A DNA stretch of 64,000 nt from Marsupella aquatica (taxonomy: Eukaryota; Plantae; Marchantiophyta), in the NCBI GenBank assembly GCA_973895155.1, contig OZ316893.1:12478359-12542358 (forward strand). The letters are read 5' to 3'. Below the pieces are notes generated by a model. The model had not been told where the DNA came from. It saw nothing but the letters and a program-made list of their open reading frames with translations, and did not search any database. This document shows positions 13,401 through 25,000 of this stretch, in pieces. How positions within the stretch are numbered: position 1 is the first letter of the stretch; the number at the start of each line of letters is the position of its first letter. A program made the translations under genes and the position numbers.

Positions 13401-14250
13401 TCAGGTGACAATTTCTTCAAGAGTGCAAGCTACACGATAGAAGCTATTTGTGCAGACTCCTTTAAAGAATCTTGTGAAAAGCTAAAGGAGGTAGAGCAAC
13501 AAATTCTAGCAAAGAGAAACGAGCTTCGGCAGTTTGAATTGGAGTATAGAGAGGTACTCATTCTACCCCTGCTGACTTAGGGATTTTGGAAAGGAGGATG
13601 CGTTAGTTACTGCACTGTAGTGATAAATATATGAAGGGAAAGTCAGGGGATCGAGTGGAGAAAATGATTTACTTGATGTGAAGATTGTGTGCGAGTCGTT
13701 TTAATCTCGTCTGCCCATTCCTCTACATAGTGCAGTTACATGTAATTGACAAAAATTTAGGAACGTGTTTGTGATTTTTGTCTCCTTAACTGGTCGGGTT
13801 TCTGCAGGTCTTAGCTCGGTTCACAGCAGTGACGACCAGATATGCTCAGGAGAAAACTTCCGTAAGTTTTTGTGAATGTTCCTACTGGTTCCGATAACAA
13901 TTTTGAATTTCGTTCAATAATATTTAATGAGAGCATTTTCAATTCTGGTGATATCTCCACCGCAGGAAGCTGACATAGTGTTCTTGGTTTTCCAGGTGGA
14001 TGAGCTTTTAAAATCACGTGACAAGATACATGATTCATTCACGGCAAACCCATCTCCAAAGAGAACCAGTAGCGGTGATTCTAAAACTGCGAAGCCTGTT
14101 AAAGAAGGTAGTGAGGACGAGGGGGTATCTGAAGATGTGCCAACAGATTCTAAAGACAAAGACAAAGACAAAGACAAAGACAAGGATAGATCTAAGTCAA
14201 GTAAGAAAAAATGGAATCTTTTTTCTAAAGGTGATGGCAAGGTTCCGTGA
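10410..14250 (+). CDS. ARG1: DnaJ co-chaperone, ARG1/ARL (ATJ15/ATJ16-like) family, ~423 aa
   Basis: 11 exons: 10410-10549, 11130-11253, 11632-11714, 11917-12028, 12174-12278, 12414-12464, 12632-12721, 13082-13190, 13405-13553, 13808-13861, 13996-14250 (1272 nt, all GT-AG, in frame). J-domain [10 protein letters not shown]...YRKLALKYHPDKN and family motifs [48 protein letters not shown], plus a C-terminal coiled coil and KD repeat. Confidence 0.93.
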
Positions 14251-15277
14251 CCAGTTGTCAATAGCAAACATTGTGTGATTATAGAACCCCTGGAGCCATC
14301 CACCAGATATTAATTCCCAAATCGAAACCTTAGCTTCTGACCTCTGTGCCTCAGGACACTTACGGGCTTGGATAGAATGTGCCTGTTCATATCGTGAAAT
14401 CTCAGATCCAGTTTCTCATCTATCTCTTCAAGATGGACCCACTGAAGATACCATTTTCCTTGTCTCTAACGAGGCACTCTCGTGAAGTGGTTTTACCGAT
14501 TGGCTTTTGACTGTGTGACCTCCCCCCCCCCTTCTCCCTATCTTTGTGAAGCCACATGTTCTGAAGTAGAAGAGCGCGTGATAGTAGTTCTCTAAATAAT
14601 ACTTATTTAAAGATTCTGTGGTTTAGTGTGGGAGATTCTGAGGGACGATGTCGGTTAGGTTCACCTTCAAAGCTTGAAAGCTCTATTCCGTCGCCCTAAA
14701 CCTCGAGAAACACTTGTTGTAGATTATACAACGAGCTATTTCTTGTGATAGAAAATCTCTGATTCAATGTCAAAGCTTTGTGGAGGAACCTCCATCCTCT
14801 TTTACGCACTTACCTGTTATGTTTGCTATGTCCCTCTGTTGAGCTACAGCCACATCAGTAGTCATTAATTAGACGTACAAACTGTTCTTGCTGCCTTTAT
14901 TTCAGAGGCATTGATGTCCATGTCTGTAACGGGTAGATCTAAGAATTTGAGGCGGTTCTAAGGGTCTTATCCCTCGTCATATGGATCAGCATAGATGTAT
15001 TATTCATATTTTTTCGGAATCTAGCAGAACCGATTTGTGCCTTCGCATTTTATTTATTTTCTGTGTCAAAGCGCTCTCAAGCTATTGTGGTTGATTGACT
15101 TTACTCCATTTAATTTAATAGTAAGTGAAAGCCGAATGAAGGGCCAAATAAGTGAAAGTTTTTTTTGAACTGCAGCCTGGTGGTAAATGTCTCGTCGCCT
15201 GGATTGGAAATGTCTACTGTTACCTTTATGCAAGGTAAGTGTGGAGCAGATCAAACCATGAATCTCCCTCTTGCTCA

Positions 15278-15532
15278 TGAAGGATGTCGGACCCCTAGTT
15301 TCTCTTTGCAAACAAAGAGCAAGGGCTGGCTGGTTTGTCTTCAACTCACCAAGGTACCCAGTGCAAAGAAGGATTTCGAAGTCCTAGTTTTCCTTTGCGA
15401 CAGAGAGCGACTACTGGCTGGCCTGTCGTTCACTCACCTGAGTCATCACTACCTAGTGCTCGTGAAGTTGTGGGACCCCTGGTTTTTCTTTGCAACGAAT
15501 AGCGACAACTGGTTGGTTTGTCTTCAGCTCAC
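15278..15532. repeat. Three imperfect tandem units, ~70-bp core and ~90-bp period
   Basis: Core gaagg..g(g/a)(c/t)cct(a/g)gttt..ctttgc..aga(g/t)agc..ctgg(c/t)tgg..tgtc.ttca.ctcacc at ~15278, ~15368 and ~15463. Confidence 0.75.
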
Positions 15533-17542
15533 CTGCAGGTCATACGCTGGGAAGCATTGTCCCGCGGTCCTTGGAGGAGCCTTTCATGATTTGATGCTTC
15601 TTTACCAATGACAGATCAGCTTGTCTCAGGAGCACCAATGAAGTCCTCAAATATTAACTGGCGTATCCTGGAAAGATCACTCGTGCGCTGGTAATTTGGC
15701 GATGCCATGTGGTATTGCGTTGGTTTGCTAGGTCTTGCTTCTTAGTTGGGCGCTGTGTAACACCTACGTTGCATTGGAGTTTACTTGGAAAGCGAAATTG
15801 GGTAGTCACCGTGCGAGGGTACAGAGCAGACGTTTCACTTGTCTCGATTTTGTGCTTCGATTGACTCCGATGACTGGACGGCAATGACTTCTTGTCAGCA
15901 GAGTTGAGCAGATCATATCCTGTCAGTTTTTTGGATTTCTTCTACAGCTTTCGTGCTATTCAGTCATGATTTCTGGCATTGTTGCCAGGGTTGAGTGCAT
16001 AGAATTATGCACGGAGGAGAACAGGAGCATTGAATAAAATGGATATCGATTTAATTTCCTTTTCTTCTATGTTCCAGTTTTCTATGTACATCTTTTTCAT
16101 GTGAGATACTTGTTTGAGTGTTCATTTGTTTTAAGAAAACAGTTGGTGCTATCTAGGGCATGGCGTCTATGGCAATCAAGGCTATAGAAGATGCTTTTAC
16201 TTGAGCGATGTATTTGCTTGACTCGTGGTTATCACCTAGAATTGTTTAGCTCGTAGTGGTCATTGTTGACATGTAGTGATTTCTGTGGCCATTTAAAGCC
16301 AGTCTTAACAGCTGGCCAACGGGTTGTTGTAAATTTGGTTGCCCCAGTCAACGAGCCCCAGGTTGAGGCCGTGGATGTTGTTTGAGACTGTTGTCTTGAG
16401 TCGTTCTCTGAGTAGGTGTTCGTTTATAGATGGTAGGTGATCGAGTGGGCGGAAAGGCCCTTGGAATTTGGTAGGAGCTACACAAGCCGTCGGTCATGAT
16501 TTGGCTACCATTTTCTGCAACTATTGCATTTAATCAGGCAAGGCCATTCCATCTTGCAGAAATGAGCTTCTTTTGAAGTACTGATCTGAGTATTTCCTCC
16601 CGAAAATATCATTGACCAGTGAAGTACTCATTATGATTTTCGCAATCTGCACTTATAATTATCAGTAGTAGTTCAGTGTTCGCATGTGAGGGGCAGCTTT
16701 CCTTCATAGATTCTGTTTACGAAAATTATTTTTACTCGAAACAGAAGCAATGAAATATGTACGTATTTCTCTCAATCCTATGCGTTTTGAATGCAGTGTT
16801 TCTCTATTTCAGTATTGCCGTGACACGTGATCGGAAACGGAACGTTGGCCAAATATTCTGGTTTTTCCCCCAGAGTGAAGATTTGCTTTGCAGATAATTA
16901 GTGAGCCTCTCCAAGGCCCGGCTCTTTAGCTACTCTGCCATATTGGGTTTCATTGAAGGATTGATTGCATATCTTCCGACTACAATGTATTCACTGAACT
17001 TTGTATTGCGTAGAAGACTATCAAGATCAGTTTAGAAATGTTGGTGTGGCCAACGGGATTGCTGTGAAAGGGAACGGGTGTGAAGAATGTCGCTCACTTA
17101 TCATTGTTTGATGATGTACTCTCCTATTCCCTATGTTAAAGGTCTCCTCACAGAAGATCATGATATACGAAGTAGATTCCAGGTTTTACCCTAAGAGCTC
17201 TACCCCGACGTCTCATTGCATGTCGATGAGGAGTAGCTGCGACATACATGAACATGTCTGTATAATCAACTGAAGATTTTAGTCAAGAGAAGCCCAAAAT
17301 GTAAACACTTGTAAGAGTTTTATCGTGGGTACCTTAAGGATGAAAATTTGTCCTTGCATTCAATTGTTCACAAAATCAAACACGAGATGCTAGCCAAGAA
17401 AACTGCATTGGATACCACAAGTTTGAAATGATACTGACCATATTCTCTAACAGCAGTCTCACTGCCATGCATTGTGCTCGACTCTTGTTTCCCCCACAAT
17501 CCTCCTTATCAAACGTTTTTCTTCCTTCGCACTCTCCTGTGC

Positions 17543-18050
17543 CTGCAATTTGCAATGTGAACTGCATATTTGCAATGTGAACTGCATTCCATGGCAGCAA
17601 CACGTATTGCAATGCTTAGGGCCCAACTTCTGTGTTTCTTTATTGCACTCCTTCGTGCTTGCAGTTATCATCGTCGACCTCATTCCAAGTGCATAACACT
17701 AGCGACAGTGCTTGCAGTTATCATCATCGACCTCATTCCAAGTGCATAACACTAGCTACAGCACACCAACACCTGACTTTTGTCTTTATTTCCACATGCC
17801 AGAATCTTTCTGTGTCTACTTCACAAATTTTGAATGCAACTCATTATTTCCTCCCTACCTGCAACACTTATCTTTTGACCACCGTTCCTTTGACCATATT
17901 TTGTGGACCTCATTCTAAGTGCATAACACTTGCAACACACTGATACCTTTTGTGTTTTCTTTCGGCTGCCAGCCCTTTCTCTGTTTACTTCACTCAGTCC
18001 ACATTTTCCGTATGCAACCATTCCTTTCCTCCCTACCCGCAACACTTCTC
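17543..18050. repeat. Cluster of short tandem and dispersed direct repeats, probably TE-derived
   Basis: tttgcaatgtgaactgcat x2; gtgcttgcagttatcatc(g/a)tcgacctcattccaagtgcataacactagc x2 (~17656, ~17708) plus a partial third at ~17906; ttcctccctacc(t/c)gcaacactt x2. Confidence 0.7.
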
Positions 18051-21000
18051 TTTTGACTATCTTTTGCATCAATTGCTGAGACACATCAACACTTTACCCA
18101 ATGCGCCTCCATTGTAGCACCCAAACCCCAGTCCCAAAGGTCTTGCTCCTACTTCATACTTTTGTAGGGCTTGTCCTGAGCTTCGCAACAGTGCTACTAA
18201 CTTCGCAAGAGCCTTCCTGGATACTGAGACATTGCTTTGAGAGTGCAACCCTGGTTTTGCAGGATACCAGTTGCACTAACAGTCCGGGTGCATCAGGACC
18301 AACCTTCTCAGGTTGTTACCTGTGTAGGAAGCCAACCAACCTCTGCTAATGCTTCCATACTAGTGCCTGATCCTTAAGACTCTCTCTAGGATTCATGTGC
18401 TAACCAGTCACTTGGCTTGAGCATTGGTTTTGGAGTTGAGCCCATGGTTCACTTGTGTGCCTGGTGGGTGAGGGACCCAAACAGGGTGAGGGACCCAAAC
18501 ATACGCCCCTCATATGCTTTTGGTGACCTACCACCCATTGACCAGCTTTGGTCCTCTGGTTTCAACTCTTCACCCAAAGATTCAAACGACCGTTACTTTA
18601 GTCAAGGAACTCAACTACTCTACCACTTAGCTCCAATGTCACTTACTCCAACACCGAGCTCCTCTATAGTCAAGGCACCAGGATGGTCATTCGGAATGGG
18701 CTAAGTATATGGAGACTATAGAGCAAGGGAGCTTTACACTAGCAAGGGCAATTAGGCTGAGCTAAGGTCGTGCATAAGGGACTAGGACTAGCAAAGGAGC
18801 TGTTTGGGCCAAGAGCAAGTCCGGGCTCAAGGCGGGTCTTCTGACGGACTCAGAGTTTTGAGGGCTTAGTGAGAGCTCCTCACAGGCCTAAGTGCAATGA
18901 AGGATGACTCATGCAAAGCAGACACTTATCACATGAGCTAGTGGAGGGACACGGGCAGGGCCACCCCGGACCTCCAACGGATAATGAGTCTTGAGGACCT
19001 GGGCATGCCCCTTGTCCTCCTTGTGACAATGCGCATGAGAACCTTGTTGTCGCGGTGACAATGCGCTAAGACACTTTCTCTACATATGTCTAACAAGGAA
19101 GTTATAGGTCGAGCAAGTTTGCTTCGTGCCCAGTCAACTTGGTTGGAGTCCAGGTGGGGGGCCAATAATAGGGGACCAAAGTTGGTCCCGGGGTGTCAAG
19201 TCACCAAAAACAGATATGAGGGGTGTGGTGACTCTCTGAGCGGGCCAGGGGCGAGCTAAGTCTGGAAGCGCAAAAATCTCACTACTAAGGGGAGATACCA
19301 AACTGAAATAACAATATCTCCTCAACAAGAATTGCGATGGGGGCTTATTGGGTGCATTGAAAAGATCTCAATGAGTGCTTCCTCCTCATGATATCAGCTA
19401 GGTCTTGGAGTGATTTAGGTCCTCACAGTTTGCGTGAGCTATCCCGCTCACTTGCTGATCTTACCGAAATAGCAGCCAATCCGCATTTGGTTCCCATGGT
19501 AGCTTGCATTGGAGCGGCATGGCAAAGTAGGCCTTGGTGTCGAGGTCCATGTTTATCATGCCCTCAAGACCCGTTGAGTTGATTACAGGAGTTAGGACTA
19601 GGCTAGTTTTGGCGCTTGGGACAACTTTGAGAGAAGCTAGCTATTTGGGCCATGAACATATCCTGGAGGTAGGGCGGTCAGCCAATGACGAACAGAAAGC
19701 AAAGAAGCTTGGATAGCACCCAAAAGAGGGGTTGTTTTGGACAAACAATGAACTTGTGTCAGTTAACCTGCTTCAGCTTATAGCAAGGCGGTGCAGGCCT
19801 GGGAGCTATATCTACTGACCTACTTACTAACAACTATTGAGCTTGCTGCAAGACAATGATTTAGGGTTTTGAGAGTGCTACTAATTACTTAGTTACCAGT
19901 TGGCTTGTTTGCTTGTGCAGACTTTAGAGGCCATTGAGCCACGTCTGTGTTGAGGAACGTGTGCGTCATCGTATGGTTATTGCCACAAATGCCCGGGCGC
20001 AGATGGTGATATGGGCACTAGGTTCCTTGCTGGAAGAGTTCCATGTTGGCGCTTGGATACTCGAAGTACCTAGGCCAATGTACTAAGTTTGGTGAGGGCG
20101 CTGGATGGCTGGACTTTGCTGTATGGCTAAACCATGGAAACTGTGTTGAATCCGATTGTCAAATTATTTCAGCAATTGTACCAGAGTTCAACCATATGCA
20201 ATAACTTAGACCAATCAGTTTGCATACTTTTCTAGTACCAATTTAACATTCTCAGTCTAGTTATCAGTTGAGAATAATAAGCAAAGCTTCTTAAACCGCC
20301 ACTAGCCAAGACAAAAATGTGGTTACATAGTTTTCACCATTTTTAGTACTTTTTCCCAAATTGTGGAGCAAAGTCTCATGGTAGAGGTGAGGAATGTGAA
20401 AAAGTGAGAAGTTTTGGACACTCCTTTTATATGGCCCGTGGTGATAGTGCCCTCTTGTGAAAAACTTCTTTGAGATTTTGGCAAAACATTTGGGTTCTCG
20501 GTCAGATAACAGTTCTTAGACATTCCGGATTTATGCCAAAAGACATGCTTGAAAAACAAGTATTCTACTTGGATTGCGTTCTCCTTTAAGTGCAGGGGAA
20601 GAAGGATCACATGCATCTTGGAGGATCAGTCCACAACAGTGAGGATTAAATCATATCCCCCCAACTTTGGGCAAGTTGGTAATGAGATCCATTAAGCCCT
20701 AGGTACAGTAGTTGACTAAGCCATTTTGACTAACTACTGTGGCTCATCTTAACCAAATCCCGTGTCTTCATAGCCTGTCAATCATGGGATTTGCCCATCC
20801 TATCTTATACTTATCTAATAATATAAACTCCTGGACAAACAACTTATGGGGAAACTCATGCCATCGCATCTACTTGGGAGAAAATTTGGGTTTGGGACAA
20901 AAGTAAGTCACCCATGCTAACCCATGACTATTGTGATCTAAGGTGATTCCATCAAGTAAATGTACCATTGCTTTATAGCATAGCTGATGCAATGCATTTC

Positions 21001-21786
21001 TCATTCATGTGGTGACCATTTATTTTCCGGCTTGACTGATCAACTATTCTATTAGCCTTTTGTCTTGATTGATGAACCTTCTTGGCCAAGTTATACAAAA
21101 TACAATGAAAACCCAAATTTCCCGCAGCCAAAAAACAAATCCAAGGAAAAAAACCAGACAGGATCGCAATTCCGAATTCCAGGGATTAACATGATTTTTT
21201 GACTGACAATAAGAGGCAAAAATAAAATGAATCTGAAAGCGCCCCATTCACTTTACCTGTGGGATTTCCCAACTATGCTTCGCCTTCAGAATACTTGTGT
21301 CAAACAATTAAACCTGATAATAGATTAAAGTGCCAGGTCGGGTTTGCAATCCAAGACAACCTTTCGTGAAAATCACTTCGGCTCCATCAAACAAAGTTTT
21401 CAGCAACATGTCATTGCATGCTGCGCGAAGCCAGCAAGTTTATAAGTTACGTACATCACCGAATCCAGAAGTGGATAAGACGGTAGGCAACTGTCGCAGT
21501 TGCTTAACGTAAACCCTTGAGTTCATAATATAAGCGTATCTTGTAGCTTGGATGCTACACAAATAAATGGAATCGTAGACGCTCCTTCATCCGTCCTCCA
21601 GTAACGTGACCAGCAAATCCCAATGAACTCGCATCTTTCCAAAATGTCTTAATTGACTTGGACGAATGCAAACTCTAACCCCTCACAATCAATCAAAGCT
21701 TCTTCGCCTCTGACATAACCAGCAGTAAATAAAATCCACATCTCTCCAAAGTTTACCGATCGAATAACCAACTGCAAACACACACA

Positions 21787-22025
21787 ACTTCCCATCAGTG
21801 ATCATAACCTCAAAGCCCATGACAAAGAACTTCCCACCAAACTTCCCATCAGTGATCATAACCTCAAAGCACATTTAGGGTATTGCACTTGGACCAACAG
21901 CTGCCCACAATGGCGGCTTCACCTCACAGAGACCATCTCAAATATATTCAATTTCTGCCATAACCTCAAAGCACATTTACGGTTGGAACAAAAGCTTCCT
22001 ACAATGGCGGCTTCACCTCACACAG
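21787..22025. repeat. Nested duplications in the 3' region of the membrane-protein gene
   Basis: aacttcccatcagtgatcataacctcaaagc x2; cataacctcaaagcacattta x2; acaatggcggcttcacctcaca x2. Confidence 0.8.
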
Positions 22026-22091
22026 AAAATCTTTAAAAATATCCATTTCCGTGAACATGGCATCAAGGTGGTGGCCAGTACTTGGCAATGT

Positions 22092-25000
22092 TTACGGGAC
22101 GAGCCCATTTTGAACAAGCTGCCCAACTCCAATGGACATGGATGCTGTAACCACTGCTACTATTACACTCACGAGCTGATCCCTTGCTTCAAAACCGCAG
22201 ACAGATAACTGCAAAACACAACATCCCAAGAATTATATTACAGTTGGATCCACAGGTAGAGGTGATTGAGCGTTGTAGTGTAGGTAAAATTTCTCGCATC
22301 TAGTTCACGATGATGATTCTTATGAACTAGCAGCTAGGCAAGTTCGTTCTATAACAACTACTGTACCTTTATTGCTGAGCCAATTCCTGACTTGCAAGAA
22401 CACGAGTTAAAAACGAGGTACGTATATAATCACAATTACTGGACCATCTCTGACTAGTTTCAGCACTAATTTGAAGTATAATAGTTTCTCCACAGGCGAA
22501 GCACCAAAAGCTTACCTGCACTTTGGTGTTGTCCCATTTAACACCATCGGCAATTGAGCTGATAGTGTCAATTGTAGCCCTTTCCTTCTTCAAGTCCTCC
22601 TCAGGATGCACATGTTTGCCTTCTTTGATCATCTTCATTTGAGTTCTAATCTAATCATCCCACAACAGTTGATAACATAAGCCTGGTTGAGAACTAAGGC
22701 ATCGGCAATCCAATATTGACCAAAGTTGAGCTAACACTATCAATATCAACACAAACGAAGCCCAAATTGCCCAGCAATTAAGTTTTCGTTCATCAAAATG
22801 TTCCAAATTTAGTTTCAAGTAGAGAGAAAGAAATTGACTATATTTGCAACAGAAGTAGATGTAACAAGCAAGAGCCAATTACTGTGATAGAAACTACCCC
22901 ATTGTGAAAGCCTGAAACGGAAACAGTTCCGTTTCTTACCGGTGAGAATAAACTGTACATAATATATCGTTGCGTTACTATCCAGGAGTCAAAGGAGTCG
23001 AACAACCTAAAATGTTGCTCTACAAAAGATATAGTAATCGCGATAGCAAGCCTATCCAGGAAAGGTCTATATAGAGGCAGACATGAGAGACCTTGCGGCG
23101 AATCAGTGTTGTGCCATGAACCTGAAGCATATAGTTGGCATCCCCACCCGGCCACACCATAAGAGCAAGGAGTGTCAAGAAGACGTCAATGCTAAATATC
23201 ACTGTGATTCTGCATAACAATCAAAACCCAGTACACAATGAGGATGCAAATCATATACACCAAAGCCTTCGCAAACCTGAGACACCCGTTGCATGACAAT
23301 ATGTGACAGCTACATATGCCTATCAATCCATTAGGAATAAATAAGCAAAACGACAACAATAACAAACAGTCTTCTTTTTGTCTATTGTGTGAATAAGCAT
23401 CACGTGACTACGTCAGGACAGGAGAGAGACTCACAACAAATAGCAATCAGCTTTCTTTATGCCTGTCAGCATCTTCGCCACAATGTATATCAGTAAGATT
23501 ACGCAGTATCCAGCGAAGTAGGTCGAGTAGTACTGCATTGAACACCGGTTGCTATTAGCGCATCAAAAACTTGTCCCTTTCCTGCTAAATGCTTGGATGT
23601 TCAAACTCCTAAATCAAATTCCTTAACCATCGTAATCGAGAATTCTCAACGGCACAGAACCAACCTGTCGATAAGTGTAAACCACAGATTCATTGCTGAA
23701 AGGCCTAGACATGAGAAGAGGGTTGGGCCTTGTAGACGACATTGTTAATGGGCAGAAGCCTACCTTAATTCTCTTTAGAAACCCATAACCAAAGTTCACC
23801 ATCAGTTGGCGGCATGTCCACCAGGCTAAAAGGGAATCAGCATTGGAGAAGTCAAAGAAGATACCCTCTCCTGACAAGACCCCGCTGCCGCCGCTTCTGC
23901 TGCTGAACTCTTCACTGTCAGATCGGAGCCGCTTCCCAAACGTGCCAGGAATTAATGACACCCATTTTGAACTTTTTTCAAATTTCAAAGAAGCAGTACG
24001 GACATGGTCAGCTCCCGTATAAACACCAGTGCGGAGGATCTCATCAAGGCTCTGAGCAATGAAATGACGTCGTCGAAAATCCAAAACACCAATCATCATG
24101 AAGCCGACATTGGAGATCATTGCAAAGGTTATCAGCACAAAACTTGGAATCAGAACGCAATATGTAGTCCATGGTGGGCCTGGGATTGGATGCCCCCCTG
24201 CAACAGCAAGAAACAAGAAATTCAGCCTTTCTCTCTTGCAAAATCTCCAGTGTAGATACATACATGACTCCAGGTGTCAAGCGATTAGAGAGTAACAAAC
24301 TTTCTTGTGTACAGGAACCCAGCTGAGCCATCCAACAGTAAACGATAACAAAATTATACAGCAGCCAGACCCATACACAGAGGGATGTTCATGTTTGCAA
24401 TGGACCATGTCCCAAGACTTGCTTTACAGGAGTCCAATGAAGAGGAAGCCAAAGAAACCTGTAAACTATGTCTCTTCCTATAAGCAGGTGCGGTTAGCAT
24501 GCGGAGTTGCGAAACATACAAACGATTCTACATCCTAAGGTGCAGTTTCACTCTTACTGTTAGACGTACACAGAATACATGCTCCCAAGCAAGCATGCTT
24601 TAGTTTCGTGACCGCAAACTGGTACTCTAGCCCAGCGATGAAGCTTAAAATAAGGGTACATACATCCAGACATCGACCAAGAGCAATCGGGATGGACCAT
24701 GATCTTACCCAGTATGAATCTACCAGCCGCGGGTATCACAGCATGACAGAGTCCCAATACACAGCAACATACCCTGAGATGCTGACTCAAGAGTGTGTGT
24801 CCTAACCTCTTCAACCTGAAAATAAGACAGCCTGTACAGCTTAACACCTCCGGCTTTGCAATGACGTTGAAACGCTAAACTTCAAACAACTTGAGTGGTC
24901 AGTGTAGAAGGAAGCCCCAAACCAGTGGCTCTTCCCTGGACAGTCACGAGAACTAGAGTATTCACCTGCTTAAACTGGAAGCCTGTCGTATTACATGCGC

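Noticed and set aside
18100-20160. Decayed retroelement or pseudogene coding region
   Set aside because: Composition suggests old TE DNA, but I could not identify any protein motif or terminus.
24305-24460. Extra exon in the 7TM-like gene (AG acceptor at ~24459)
   Set aside because: All three frames hit stops, and exons 24709-24815 and 23764-24197 join in phase without it.
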